Positions 10,528 to 20,651 are shown, numbered from the stretch's first letter. The stretch is 43,499 bases of DNA from Candidatus Saccharimonadota bacterium (GCA_016234585.1 JACRBB010000029.1:1-43499); one strand, 5' to 3'. A program made the numbers and translations. The notes: generated by a model from the letters alone, not told the origin.

Positions 10528-10871
10528 AAACCACGGTTCGCGGCAACCAGGCAGAGACGGCCGTGGCCCAGCAGTTGATTCGTAAGGGGTACGAGATAAC
10601 CGCTCAGAACTGGAAAACCAGCAGGTGCGAAATAGACATAGTGGCCAAAAAACGGGGCATCATTTACTTCATAGAGGTTAAATATAGAAGTACGATGGCC
10701 CAAGGCGCAGGGTTGGAATACATAACACCAAGCAAGCTCCGGCGGCTACACTTTTCGGCCAAAGTTTGGACCCAGTATCATGGCTGGGAGGGTGATTGGC
10801 GGCTTCTGGCTGCAGCGGTCACAACCGACGGCCAGGGCTACGTAGTCCAAGAAATTATCGAGCTAGAGTAG
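10524..10871 (+). CDS. yraN: YraN (UPF0102) family endonuclease-like protein
   Basis: GNQAE..NWK..EIDIVA..FIEVKYR; 4-nt overlap with rnhB stop. Confidence 0.92.
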   Translation: MKTTVRGNQAETAVAQQLIRKGYEITAQNWKTSRCEIDIVAKKRGIIYFIEVKYRSTMAQGAGLEYITPSKLRRLHFSAKVWTQYHGWEGDWRLLAAAVTTDGQGYVVQEIIELE

Positions 10872-12557
10872 GATTTTCTGGGCGTGCTGGGCAAGCTTAA
10901 CTATCAGTTTTTCTTCGAATGGCGAACGTAATCCGGCGCTATCAAGCGCCTTCAAAAAGCTTTTGGTGCCGCCTATCTTACATAGTTTCAGGTATTTACT
11001 GACAGCTTTTACATGGGATTCATCGGCTAACATGCCCAGTTGCATAGCCCCGGTTTCAGCCAGAGCGTAGTCGATGTAATAAAACGGCGCGCTAAAAATG
11101 TGGCTTTGGGCATACCAACGGCTCTTCTTATATTTTTCAAAGCCCTTATAGTCAACCCCCGGTGTGTACTTGTCGGATAGCTCACACCACTTTTTGTCGC
11201 GCTCCCCGGCCGAGGCATTCACGTTATCGTATACCCAGTGCTGGTACTCATCGACCACACAGACGTAACAGATTATTTTAATCGCTCCACTCCAACGTGA
11301 GACCCGGAATTTTTTTGCGTCTTCACTGCTAAAAAATTCGTCGATGTATTCAAGACTCAAAAATTCCATACCCATCGAGTAAACCTCGGCTAAATCAGCG
11401 GTTCCCGACTGCAAATCAACCGTCTCGATAGTTTGGCTTTCTAATGACTGAAAAGCGTGCCCCATCTCGTGGGTCAAGATCCTTATGTCTTCGGCGTCGC
11501 CGACACTGTTGCACAGTACGGCCGCCTTGTCTTCGTCGCTGAATGATATACAAAAAGCCCCGGTTCGCTTGTGTAGCCGGTTCTCCAGGTCGACCAGACC
11601 GTCACGCCTCATCTGCCTAAAGTGCTCGCCCAGTATTGATGAAAGCCGGGTGAATATCCGTTGGGCGTTATCCAATTGTTTATCTACCGGCGCCACACCC
11701 AGCGGTAGGCTGGTCGATGGGTCGTATGAGGCGTCCCACGGTTTTAGGGTCTTTGTACCGAGAGCTTTAGACTGGGCTTTAGTCAATGTGGCGTAGAGAG
11801 GGACAATATACTTGTAGACATTATCGCGGAAGGTTTTTGCCAGTTTAGGATCGTAATCGGTCCGGCCCATATTTTTGTATGCCAAAGATGTATAGGAAGA
11901 GTAGCCGACGTTTTTAGCCATTTTGTGGCGCAACTTAACCAACTGGTCGTAAATGTCGGCAAGCTGATCGTGATTTTTTAAGAACCAGTTGCGACCGGCT
12001 AAGTACGCGGCCTGACGAAGCTTTCCGTCATCTGACTCTAAAAGCGAGCGCGCCTTAGACAATGTGATTTTTTCGCCTTGCACATGTACCGTGGCGCCGG
12101 CCACCTTTTTCTCATAACGCTTAGTTAACTGTCCGGCTTTGATTCCTAGCTGCGTGTTAACGGGGTCCAGTGGTTTTAAGGCAGTCTCGTAGTCTTGCAC
12201 CAACTGTTCGCCGTAGCGCTTGGCTAAGGCCGCCCTATGACGGCTAGCCAAAAAGGCTTTTGTTAAACTGAACTCGGGCTTATCGCATACCGGCGCTATT
12301 TTTTCGCGTAAGTACTTTTCGGTTGCCTCGGCCGATTTATTGTTCATGTTCTGGCTAAAGCGCCAGTATATCCGCGCGCCTTCACTGCTAACGTACGATT
12401 TTAAGGCATTCCAATCAGCGTATAAGGCTAGCCAGGCGTCCGGTGAGTTTGAGTTTTCAGCGTTAGGTAAGGCAGCCAACAGTTTGTCGTATTCTTTTTT
12501 AACGAACGCGGCCGTCAGTTTTTTGGGGCGGTTAGGATAGTGGATATATTTAGTCAT
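10863..12557 (-). CDS. M3 family oligoendopeptidase (PepF-like)
   Basis: HEMGH zinc motif, AEVYSMGME, QSHIFSAPFYYIDYALA. Confidence 0.93.
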   Translation of the reverse strand: MTKYIHYPNRPKKLTAAFVKKEYDKLLAALPNAENSNSPDAWLALYADWNALKSYVSSEGARIYWRFSQNMNNKSAEATEKYLREKIAPVCDKPEFSLTKAFLASRHRAALAKRYGEQLVQDYETALKPLDPVNTQLGIKAGQLTKRYEKKVAGATVHVQGEKITLSKARSLLESDDGKLRQAAYLAGRNWFLKNHDQLADIYDQLVKLRHKMAKNVGYSSYTSLAYKNMGRTDYDPKLAKTFRDNVYKYIVPLYATLTKAQSKALGTKTLKPWDASYDPSTSLPLGVAPVDKQLDNAQRIFTRLSSILGEHFRQMRRDGLVDLENRLHKRTGAFCISFSDEDKAAVLCNSVGDAEDIRILTHEMGHAFQSLESQTIETVDLQSGTADLAEVYSMGMEFLSLEYIDEFFSSEDAKKFRVSRWSGAIKIICYVCVVDEYQHWVYDNVNASAGERDKKWCELSDKYTPGVDYKGFEKYKKSRWYAQSHIFSAPFYYIDYALAETGAMQLGMLADESHVKAVSKYLKLCKIGGTKSFLKALDSAGLRSPFEEKLIVKLAQHAQKILL

Positions 12558-12563
12558 AGTTAT

Positions 12564-12980
12564 CTAGATTACATCAAAATCAGTCAAAACGTCAGGCTCA
12601 TCAATGGAAGGGAATAGTTGCCGCAGCGGAATGTCTTTGCTTTTTTTCGGTGGCCGGGCTAGGTGCGTAAAATCAATCACTAGCTCGTATTCACCCCCGT
12701 ACATCGGACTGGCCGTATGTATGCGGACTTCTTCGAAGCCTCGGTGGTGGTTGATTCTGGCCGGCTCATACTCAATCTGACCTTTTTTGTTCTTGTACAG
12801 AATTTTAGCGGCTGTAACTTTAAGTCCTTTTTGGTGGAAGACCAAACGCTTGCTTGGCGGACCGGTTTTCTTGCCGATAATTTTAATTTGGCCAGTGGTT
12901 TTACCGTCAACTTCTACGGTTTTTAGTTCATAGCTCTCAACAATAAACTTGGACGATAATTTCCGAGCCTTTTTAGTCAT
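12564..12980 (-). CDS. Standalone protein resembling the N-terminal domain of M1 aminopeptidase N (no catalytic domain)
   Basis: Segments GQIKIIGKK..LVFHQKGLKVTAA and RQLFPSIDEP resemble the PepN N-domain (ARxxFPCxDEP); no GAMEN or HExxH. Confidence 0.55.
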   Translation of the reverse strand: MTKKARKLSSKFIVESYELKTVEVDGKTTGQIKIIGKKTGPPSKRLVFHQKGLKVTAAKILYKNKKGQIEYEPARINHHRGFEEVRIHTASPMYGGEYELVIDFTHLARPPKKSKDIPLRQLFPSIDEPDVLTDFDVI

Positions 12981-13022
12981 ATCCTATAAAGTTTAACAGT
13001 CTTTACCGTCTTCTGATGTAGC

Positions 13023-13703
13023 TTACTGCATATCCAGTACTTGGTCATACAGCTCTTGCATACTCATATGCAGCCTCTCATCAACGTCTTTAGCCGCTGC
13101 TTTTACCTGCCAAATAGTGTCACCCTCCGGTGCGGGGTCTATTGGTTTGCCGTAAATTACGCTCAGTTTTCGTCCAGGCCATAAATGTTCCGTGCTCATA
13201 GCTACCGGCACAACGGGGCAATCTATCCCTCTGGCTGCTGCTCTGGCCGCCATACGACCGACACCAATCCTTGTCTCACCAATCTCTCGGCCCCTATTCT
13301 TTAAGTTACCTTCGGGGGCTATGCCTAAAAGCAGGCCTTTATCTAGTAGAGAGTGGGCCTTGTCGTTTGACCCCCTTTTTGATGTACCTTCATCCCGGTT
13401 TACAAAAAATAAACCGCGATTGGCGAAGTATTTAGAACCAAGTCCGAGATAGTACCAGTTTAGTAGTTCAATTTTACCCATTCCCCTAGTAGCACGGGGA
13501 GTAGCAGCTGCCAATATCCAGGGGTCCATATGCGAGCGATGCACAAATGCAAGAATACCCGCACCCTGCATGGGTACATTTTCTTGCCCAATGACGTCCA
13601 ATCTCCACATAATCCGGGCAATTCTTCTGGCGCGATTTACAGTTCGCTCATATAGTTCTGGTTGTGGTGCTTCAGAAAAATCTGGTGTAATCTCGGACGA
13701 CAT
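13023..13703 (-). CDS. 1-acyl-sn-glycerol-3-phosphate acyltransferase (PlsC-like)
   Basis: HRSHMD (HX4D), FFVNR, APEG, VVPVA motifs. Confidence 0.88.
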   Translation of the reverse strand: MSSEITPDFSEAPQPELYERTVNRARRIARIMWRLDVIGQENVPMQGAGILAFVHRSHMDPWILAAATPRATRGMGKIELLNWYYLGLGSKYFANRGLFFVNRDEGTSKRGSNDKAHSLLDKGLLLGIAPEGNLKNRGREIGETRIGVGRMAARAAARGIDCPVVPVAMSTEHLWPGRKLSVIYGKPIDPAPEGDTIWQVKAAAKDVDERLHMSMQELYDQVLDMQ

Positions 13704-13747
13704 GTCGAGTTAATTAAAATATATGTACCTAAAACAAGCAAATAAAG

Positions 13748-13776
13748 TTGCTTTAGTTAAGGAGATTATGTATAAT
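13748..13776 (+). promoter_or_regulatory. Sigma70-type promoter of nusA
   Basis: TTGCTT-17 nt-TATAAT. Confidence 0.65.
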
Positions 13777-13787
13777 TACTCTCAGTT

Positions 13788-13813
13788 ATCCGGCCGACGT
13801 GGTCGGATTTTTT
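13788..13813 (+). terminator. Terminator-like hairpin in the nusA leader (possible attenuator)
   Basis: ATCCGGCC-gacgt-GGTCGGAT followed by a T run, between promoter and nusA start. Confidence 0.55.
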
Positions 13814-13850
13814 CATTCTTATAGCAATTTAAAATAAGGAAATCAAAAAA

Positions 13851-15053
13851 ATGGAAATGGATTTTAAACAACTGGCGGCTGCCATAAGGGTAATCGCCGA
13901 AGAAAAAAACTTACCGGAAGAGCAAGTACAGGAAATCGTCGAGCAGGCTCTAGCCGCAGCTTGGCGCCGTGATTTTGGTGAACGTGAGCAAGACGTCCGG
14001 GTCATCATGAATCTAAACACCGGTGAAGTGACGGCTTTTGTTACCAAAGACATCGTAGAAGAGGTGGAAGACCCGCGCTCCCAGATCAGTCTTAAGGATG
14101 CCAGCGTGATGCGCAAAAACGCCAAAGTCGGTGAAACCGAAGAGGTAGTTCAGAAGGTAGAAGATTTTGGCCGCGTGGCTGCCCAGACTGCCAAGCAGGT
14201 CATTTTGCAGCGCTTGCGTGAAGCCGAGCGCGAAATAGTGCTAGCCGAATACGAAGATAAGATCGGCGGACTGGTTAACGGTGTAGTTAGCCGCGTAGAG
14301 GGCCGTGTGGTACGGGTAGAGCTTGGTAAAGCCCAAGGCCTGATGCCTATCAGCGAGCAAATCCAGGGCGAGCGTTACTACCCCGGCCAACGCCTAAAGT
14401 TCTTCTTAAAAGATGTCGAAAAAAGTTTCCGCGGGCCCCAGTTAATCGTCAGCCGCGGCTGCAAAGAGTTCATCGAACAGCTATTTCACGGTGAGGTTCC
14501 CGAGATGGAAAACAACGCCGTAGAAATCAAAGCCATCGCCCGTGAGGCAGGCATCAGGTCCAAAATAGCGGTCAGCAGCAACGTCCAGGGCGTCGACCCG
14601 GTGGGTACGTTCGTGGGCGGCCATGGTACCCGGATTAATGCTGTCAGAGATGAAATTGGCAACCAGGAAATGATAGATATAGTTGTTTGGGACGACGACC
14701 CGGCGGTCTTTATCGCTAACGCCATGAAGCCAGCCAACGTCACCAAGGTTAAGCTCGATAAAGACGGCGAAAAAGCTGTGGTGGTTGTGCCGGAAGATCA
14801 ACTTAGTATTGCTATTGGTAAATCCGGACAGAATGTTCGTTTGGCTGGTAAGCTGACTGGCCGCGAACTGGATATAGAATCAGATAACGCCTCCCAAGAC
14901 AAAGAGCCTGAAGAGTCAGATAAGCCAGTTGCTGAAGAAAAAGAGGCATCTCCTGCCAAGACGGTAGAGTCTAAGCCGGTGGTCCAAAAGCTCAAGAAAA
15001 AAAGCGACCTGGAAAACTCTCTGCTAGAAGCCATCGAAGAGCACGGCCAGTAA
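13851..15053 (+). CDS. nusA: Transcription termination/antitermination factor NusA
   Basis: FGRVAAQTAKQVILQRLREAER, S1 domain, AREAGIRSKIAV, AIGKSGQNVRLA. Confidence 0.97.
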   Translation: MEMDFKQLAAAIRVIAEEKNLPEEQVQEIVEQALAAAWRRDFGEREQDVRVIMNLNTGEVTAFVTKDIVEEVEDPRSQISLKDASVMRKNAKVGETEEVVQKVEDFGRVAAQTAKQVILQRLREAEREIVLAEYEDKIGGLVNGVVSRVEGRVVRVELGKAQGLMPISEQIQGERYYPGQRLKFFLKDVEKSFRGPQLIVSRGCKEFIEQLFHGEVPEMENNAVEIKAIAREAGIRSKIAVSSNVQGVDPVGTFVGGHGTRINAVRDEIGNQEMIDIVVWDDDPAVFIANAMKPANVTKVKLDKDGEKAVVVVPEDQLSIAIGKSGQNVRLAGKLTGRELDIESDNASQDKEPEESDKPVAEEKEASPAKTVESKPVVQKLKKKSDLENSLLEAIEEHGQ

Positions 15054-15094
15054 ATCTTTTAAACTGACCACCCAAGAAGTGCTTAAGCGGTACA

Positions 15095-15823
15095 ATGTTT
15101 AGTATGCCGATAAATCTTAGCAGGCACCCCAAAGAGCCTCACGCCAAGAGCAGTAGCTCAAAACTTAATTGGCTAAGAGCTTCGGTGCTTGGTGCTAACG
15201 ATGGTATCGTATCTATATCAGGCTTGGTTGTCGGTGTGGCTGGCGCTACTAATACTAAAAGCGCAATTCTGACGGCCGGTATTGCTGGTGTAATCGCCGG
15301 GTCATTATCGATGGCGGCTGGTGAATACATTTCTGTCAGCACCCAACGCGATACCGAACGGGCTCTGCTCAAAAAAGAGCGGGCCGAACTTAGGGAGCTT
15401 CCGGAACAGGAACTGGCTGAGTTGACCGGACTCTACAGAGCTAAAGGCTTGTCAGCTAAAACGGCGGCGGTCGTGGCTAAAGAACTGACCACCCACGATG
15501 CTTTTGCCGCGCATGTCGACGCCGAACTGGGCATTGACCCTAATAATTTAACCAATCCTTGGCACGCGGCCATCGCTTCGGCAGCGTCGTTTGTTGCCGG
15601 TTCGGTAATCCCGATGTTAGCTATCATGATACCGCCTCAGTCGTCACGCATTCCGGTAACCTTTGTATCAGTCATTGTCGCATTGGTCGCTACGGGGGCG
15701 CTCAGCGCCAAAGCCGGTGACGCGCCTATTTCTAGGGCCATTGTCAGAGTCGTGACCGGTGGTGTATTGGCTATGTCTATCGCTTTCGTAGTCGGCCGTC
15801 TGTTTAACGTAGCCGGTATCTAA
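15095..15823 (+). CDS. VIT1/CCC1 family Fe/Mn transporter
   Basis: LNWLRASVLGANDGIVS, SMAAGEYISVSTQRD, NPWHAA. Confidence 0.93.
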   Translation: MFSMPINLSRHPKEPHAKSSSSKLNWLRASVLGANDGIVSISGLVVGVAGATNTKSAILTAGIAGVIAGSLSMAAGEYISVSTQRDTERALLKKERAELRELPEQELAELTGLYRAKGLSAKTAAVVAKELTTHDAFAAHVDAELGIDPNNLTNPWHAAIASAASFVAGSVIPMLAIMIPPQSSRIPVTFVSVIVALVATGALSAKAGDAPISRAIVRVVTGGVLAMSIAFVVGRLFNVAGI

Positions 15824-16392
15824 TTCCTAGATTTATCAATAAGCGGCACAAAAATAAACCCCGGGTGCGTATCTGTTTGCAGCTGGCCGTCTGCCGTTTT
15901 TTCTATTACTAAGATGTCGTTTCTTACCGGTATCACCAGTTTGCCGCCAGCTTTAAGCTGGTTGACTAAACTTTGTGGTACTTCCTCCGCGGCAGCACTT
16001 ACTAAAATCCGGTCATACGGGGCATGGCGGGGCAGGCCGTATTCGGACCCGGCTTCATAAAACCTGGCATTTTTAATGCCCAGTCGCTGGCAGTTATCCC
16101 TGCCGAAATCTACCAATTCAGGTATCAGTTCTACGGCGTACACCATGCCCTTTGACCCCACAATATTGGCCAGCAGCGCTGTTGTCCAACCAGAGCCGGA
16201 GCCAACATCCAATATCTTATTGCCGGGCTCTGGCTCCAGCCATTCCAGCATGTACCTTACGGTCGTTGGTTGGCTGATGGTTTGCCCAAAACCGATAGGC
16301 AGGGCGATATCTAAGTCCGCCACGCCGGGATGGTCTGGGAGCACAAAGCCAGCACGCTTTACTTTGGCAAAGGCCTTGCTTATATAATCCAT
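15820..16392 (-). CDS. pcm: Protein-L-isoaspartate O-methyltransferase
   Basis: GQTISQP, ILDVGSGSGW, APYDRILVSAA, GGKLVIPV, FVPL. Confidence 0.93.
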   Translation of the reverse strand: MDYISKAFAKVKRAGFVLPDHPGVADLDIALPIGFGQTISQPTTVRYMLEWLEPEPGNKILDVGSGSGWTTALLANIVGSKGMVYAVELIPELVDFGRDNCQRLGIKNARFYEAGSEYGLPRHAPYDRILVSAAAEEVPQSLVNQLKAGGKLVIPVRNDILVIEKTADGQLQTDTHPGFIFVPLIDKSRN

Positions 16393-16465
16393 CTATTTTT
16401 AGCATAGCACCGGTCTTGATACGTGGGCAGTATAATCACAGCCACTAAACCGGTACAATATAAAT

Positions 16466-18319
16466 ATGAAGAGATTCGGGCGGCTTAACAGGCCCTTGCT
16501 GTATCTGTTAATCATTGGTCTGGTGTTTTTAGGGGGCTTGCGGTTCGCTAAAGCCGATGTAAACGACTTCACTATTTCAAACTTCAGCGCCGACTACTAT
16601 CTAAGCCGGGATACGGCCAAAACCAGCACCATGGACGTCGTAGAAAAAATTGATGTAGAGTTTCCGAACTATGATCAAAACCACGGTATACTGCGGGCCA
16701 TACCCAAAAGCTACCAGGGCCACACAGTCAGCTTAAAAGTTAATAGCATAAAGGATGGCAGCGGCGGTTCGCTGAACTACACTACCTACGGTCAGAATGA
16801 CAACCTGGTTTTAAAAATCGGTAATCCGGACCAATACGTTCGTGGTCTGCAAACCTACGTGATCAGTTATTCCATGCGTAACGTGGCCAGCATATTAGCC
16901 GATCACGAAGAGCTTTACTGGGATGTCAATGGGGATCAGTGGGCTCAGCCCACGGGTACGGTCACTGCCAAGATACATGTTCCCAGCGGTTTGCTGGGCC
17001 AGCTCCAGGATCGCCAAACCTGTTATGCCGGATCTTATGGCTTCAACAGCTCAGGCGCCTGCTCAATCAACCGGGATACCACCTCAACCGAGACTGTCAT
17101 ATCCGCCACGGCCAGCAACTTGCAACCAAATCAAACTCTGACTTTCGTGCTCGGGTTTAATAGGGGCACTTTCGTGCTTGGTCCGGAAATCGCTCACGAA
17201 AAGCTGGTCCGTAAAGTCAAAACCATCGCGGCGGTTACGGTCATAGTTTTGCTGCCGCTGGTTGCTTTTATGTTCATGTTCAACCGGTGGCGGCGTTTTG
17301 GCAATGACCCTAAAGGCAGGGGTGTTATCGTACCAGAGTATGCTCCACCAAAAGGTTTTAATGTATTAAGTGCAGACTTTATGCTCAATGAAAAAATGAG
17401 CCAAAAAACGTTTTCGGCGGCCATTATAGAGTTAGCAGTTAACCGATATGTAAATATCTACGAAACAAAACATAAGAAAGCTTTGCGCCGGGATACGACA
17501 GATTACGAGCTAGAACTAATCAAAGACCCCGCCGACCTGTCGTCAGAACTTAAACAGGTTATTGATATGGTGTTTTCAACCGGCCAGACCGGTGAAAGGG
17601 TAAAACTTGCCGACATAAAAAAATCAACCACCCGCTCAGTGGAGTTGTATGAGCAGATGCGCAAGCTCGAGGATTCGTTGGCAAGCAGTTTGCATGAACT
17701 CGGTTACTTTGTTAAAAATCCTAAAAAAGTACGCAACGGTTATCGGATGTGGGCTATAGCAATTTTCTTTCTAGCATTTGCTTCAATTTTCGCCGCCATC
17801 TCTATTTCGGCGTGGCTTGGAGCGTTAAGCGCCGGTCTTATATTAGCCTCGCTGATCGTGTTTGGTTTTTCCTTTGTTATGCCAGCCAGAACGGAGACAG
17901 GAGTTCAGGTGCATGATGACTTGCTGGGGTTAAAAGATTATATAAAACTGGCCGAAGCCGATCGTCTTAAATTTCTGCAGAGCCCCCAGGGGGCAGAGCG
18001 GGTGAGCGACCCGGCAGCGTTCAGCCCCAAGACACCGTCCGAAAAGATTAAACTGTTTGAAAAACTTTTACCATATGCTATGTTATTCGGCCTGGAAAAA
18101 GATTGGGCCAAGCAGTTTAAAGATTTGTATACTCAGCCGCCCGATTGGTACAACGGCAATTGGACAACCTTTAACACGGTTTATCTGGCCTCATCTCTTA
18201 GCGGTTTCGGCAGTTATAGCAGTACTGTCTTTAGCTCGCCGTCTTCCAGCTCCGGCAATGGGTTTTCCGGGGGCGGAGCAGGCGGTGGCGGTGGAGGAGG
18301 CGGCGGTGGGGGTTGGTAG
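16466..18319 (+). CDS. DUF2207 family membrane protein
   Basis: Signal peptide, HGILRAIP, ELYWDVNG, TM helices, LLPYAMLFG, terminal GGGAGGGGGGGW. Confidence 0.9.
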   Translation: MKRFGRLNRPLLYLLIIGLVFLGGLRFAKADVNDFTISNFSADYYLSRDTAKTSTMDVVEKIDVEFPNYDQNHGILRAIPKSYQGHTVSLKVNSIKDGSGGSLNYTTYGQNDNLVLKIGNPDQYVRGLQTYVISYSMRNVASILADHEELYWDVNGDQWAQPTGTVTAKIHVPSGLLGQLQDRQTCYAGSYGFNSSGACSINRDTTSTETVISATASNLQPNQTLTFVLGFNRGTFVLGPEIAHEKLVRKVKTIAAVTVIVLLPLVAFMFMFNRWRRFGNDPKGRGVIVPEYAPPKGFNVLSADFMLNEKMSQKTFSAAIIELAVNRYVNIYETKHKKALRRDTTDYELELIKDPADLSSELKQVIDMVFSTGQTGERVKLADIKKSTTRSVELYEQMRKLEDSLASSLHELGYFVKNPKKVRNGYRMWAIAIFFLAFASIFAAISISAWLGALSAGLILASLIVFGFSFVMPARTETGVQVHDDLLGLKDYIKLAEADRLKFLQSPQGAERVSDPAAFSPKTPSEKIKLFEKLLPYAMLFGLEKDWAKQFKDLYTQPPDWYNGNWTTFNTVYLASSLSGFGSYSSTVFSSPSSSSGNGFSGGGAGGGGGGGGGGGW

Positions 18320-18324
18320 GCCTC

Positions 18325-19323
18325 ATGAGAACATCTAAACCAAGCCCCAGAACATACGAAAGTTTACCCAGAAGCACTGCTTCTAAAGAACGCCGGGGCT
18401 GGAAACGATCCCGGTCACTAAAGTGGCTTTTAGCTGCTGCGGGAATTACATTCGGCGCGGCAAGCATGGGCCTTAGCTTCAATCACGGTAAACTAGAGCA
18501 TTATCCGGCCCATGGCATGCTTGAAGACCCAGATTATCGCTCCCAAACAATAGTAACTGCTAATCTAGCCGGTATCTCTGACCTGGATAAACAGCTCACT
18601 TACGTAGGCAAAGAAATAAAACCCGCCGCTATTTGCTTAGAGGAAGTTAAGCGCTCAGATGTGGGTAGGTATATGAATGATTTAGAAGGCTATAGTGGTG
18701 AATATGCCGAGGCGGATTCCAGTGTGGACTTCCCGGATGGTTTTGGTAATTTGGTGCTAGTTAGATATCCTCAGACCAAACCAGCAGACATGCAGCAACT
18801 AGATGGTGATTTTGGCTGGCAAAATTTTACCACTCATATTTTCAGCAGATCATTGGGCCAAAATATTCGTGATTCGTATAGTGAAAATCGGGCCGCGGTA
18901 GCTGTGCATTTTAATATGCCCATGAAAGATGGCGCCCAGCTACCCGTAGATCTTATTGCGTCGCATATTGCGGCGGACTCTAACAATGGAGTGGGTAGAC
19001 GCCAAATTATTTCTTTAAAACGTTTTGTAGATGAAGAATTGGACAGTGACCAGGATTCTTTAGCCGTTGTTTGCGGAGATTTAAATCGAATACCCAACCA
19101 AGCGCGAAAAATCTTTAGTTTCCCCACCTGGGAAGTTCCTTTGATTGGCCCGACTTCGGTTAATTCCGGGAAACAGATAGACCAAATTATACTAAGACCT
19201 GAAATAAAAGGCGGCAATCGCGATATTGCCAGATATGTCATTGCCAAGACTGGTTTAGTCCATGGATTAATAACTGATCACCGCGGCGCCTATGCAACCT
19301 TCACCGAAGTACCCCTGAAATAA
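18325..19323 (+). CDS. Membrane-anchored endonuclease/exonuclease/phosphatase (EEP) family protein
   Basis: TANL, CLEEV, GNLVL, SH, CGDLN, IDQI, TDH motif series. Confidence 0.75.
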   Translation: MRTSKPSPRTYESLPRSTASKERRGWKRSRSLKWLLAAAGITFGAASMGLSFNHGKLEHYPAHGMLEDPDYRSQTIVTANLAGISDLDKQLTYVGKEIKPAAICLEEVKRSDVGRYMNDLEGYSGEYAEADSSVDFPDGFGNLVLVRYPQTKPADMQQLDGDFGWQNFTTHIFSRSLGQNIRDSYSENRAAVAVHFNMPMKDGAQLPVDLIASHIAADSNNGVGRRQIISLKRFVDEELDSDQDSLAVVCGDLNRIPNQARKIFSFPTWEVPLIGPTSVNSGKQIDQIILRPEIKGGNRDIARYVIAKTGLVHGLITDHRGAYATFTEVPLK

Positions 19324-19394
19324 ATAACCAAACAGCACATAAGTGACCTCATACTACAAGCGAGTATAATTAATAGGTCTAAGTGGAGAGTAAA

Positions 19395-20126
19395 ATGGCT
19401 AAGGCTAAGACACAACAGCAAAAATGGGATTTTTCGGAGCTAAATGCTTTATTTATAAACTGCACGCTGAAAAAATCACCGGAGGTTAGTAATACTGAGG
19501 GTTTAATGAATGTCAGCAAAAAAATTATGGATAAAAACGGTGTAAGAACTGAAGTGATTCGGGCAGTGGACCATGATATTGCCGTTGGTGTTTATCCGGA
19601 TATGACTGAGCATGGTAGCAAAACAGATGAGTGGCCTAAGCTTTATAAAAAGGTAATGGCTGCCGATATTTTAGTGCTTTGCGGACCAATATGGCTTGGT
19701 GACAACAGCTCCGTAATGAAACATATTATTGAGCGGCTTTATGGTAATTCCAGCCTGCTTAATAAAAACGGACAGTATGCCTACTATGGCAAAGTTGGCG
19801 GCTGTATTATTACCGGTAATGAAGATGGTGTTAAGCACTGTGCCATGAATATTCTTTACAGCCTTCAGCATCTGGGTTATGTAGTGCCGCCGCAGGCGGA
19901 CAGCGGCTGGATAGGCGAAGCAGGTCCGGGCCCCAGTTATTTAGATAAAGACTCTGGCGGGCCAGATAACGACTTCACAAACCGTAATACCACATTCATG
20001 AGCTGGAATTTAATGCATCTAGCTAAAATGTTAAAGGAGGCTGGCGGTATACCGGCCTATGGTAACCAGCGTTCAGAGTGGGACGCCGGCTGCAAATTTG
20101 ATTTTGAGAATCCAGAGTATCGCTAA
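19395..20126 (+). CDS. Flavodoxin-like NADPH-dependent FMN reductase family protein
   Basis: NCTLKKSPEVSNT, ADILVLCGPIWLG, ITGNEDGVKH. Confidence 0.85.
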   Translation: MAKAKTQQQKWDFSELNALFINCTLKKSPEVSNTEGLMNVSKKIMDKNGVRTEVIRAVDHDIAVGVYPDMTEHGSKTDEWPKLYKKVMAADILVLCGPIWLGDNSSVMKHIIERLYGNSSLLNKNGQYAYYGKVGGCIITGNEDGVKHCAMNILYSLQHLGYVVPPQADSGWIGEAGPGPSYLDKDSGGPDNDFTNRNTTFMSWNLMHLAKMLKEAGGIPAYGNQRSEWDAGCKFDFENPEYR

Positions 20127-20178
20127 TTTTTAATATTTCTGGTGGGAGTATAATTATGGGTGTAAGGGAGCGACGAAT

Positions 20179-20349
20179 ATGCCCGAAAAAGCCCAACCAA
20201 AAATAGACAAACTAGAGCAAAAGAAACGGCTGCGCCAATTTTATAACCACCCTATACTGGTCAAATCCAGGACCAAAGGCCGGCAGTTACTCGTATCCCT
20301 GGGCCCCAATAGGGGCGCCAGAAGTTCACTCCGGTCTCGCCACCGCTAA
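20179..20349 (+). CDS. Small basic hypothetical protein (56 aa)
   Basis: Own translation MPEKAQPKIDKLEQKKRLRQFYNHPILVKSRTKGRQLLVSLGPNRGARSSLRSRHR*; AAGGGAG and TATAAT upstream; below the ORF-track cutoff. Confidence 0.4.
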   Translation: MPEKAQPKIDKLEQKKRLRQFYNHPILVKSRTKGRQLLVSLGPNRGARSSLRSRHR

Positions 20350-20435
20350 GCTACCTGTCCCTGGATGTCTCATCCGGTCTAATCTAATAACTAACGCTTA
20401 CTTATGGCAAAAGTCCACATTTTTTTGCTACAGTA

Positions 20436-20651
20436 GTGCTGATGAGTAAGTTAAGTTGGCCGCGCAGAGCTAGTACTAAATGGTTACTGTTCTTTTGGTC
20501 GTTATCTTTGATATCCGTCGTATGCATATATTTTAATGTCGGGTCAGATAAACAGGGCGCCGAGAATGGCGGTATAGTATGGCTACTGCCGGCTTTAGTG
20601 TTCGCAATTACCGCACTGGCAATATCTATTGTGCGGTCGTTTCGGCGTTAA
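20436..20651 (+). CDS. Small two-TM hypothetical protein
   Basis: Two hydrophobic helices; fills the intergenic gap. Confidence 0.5.
   Translation: MLMSKLSWPRRASTKWLLFFWSLSLISVVCIYFNVGSDKQGAENGGIVWLLPALVFAITALAISIVRSFRR

Noticed and set aside
18230-18319. GGC/GGT-rich low-complexity run as a repeat element
   Set aside because: It encodes the normal Gly/Ser tail of DUF2207 proteins.
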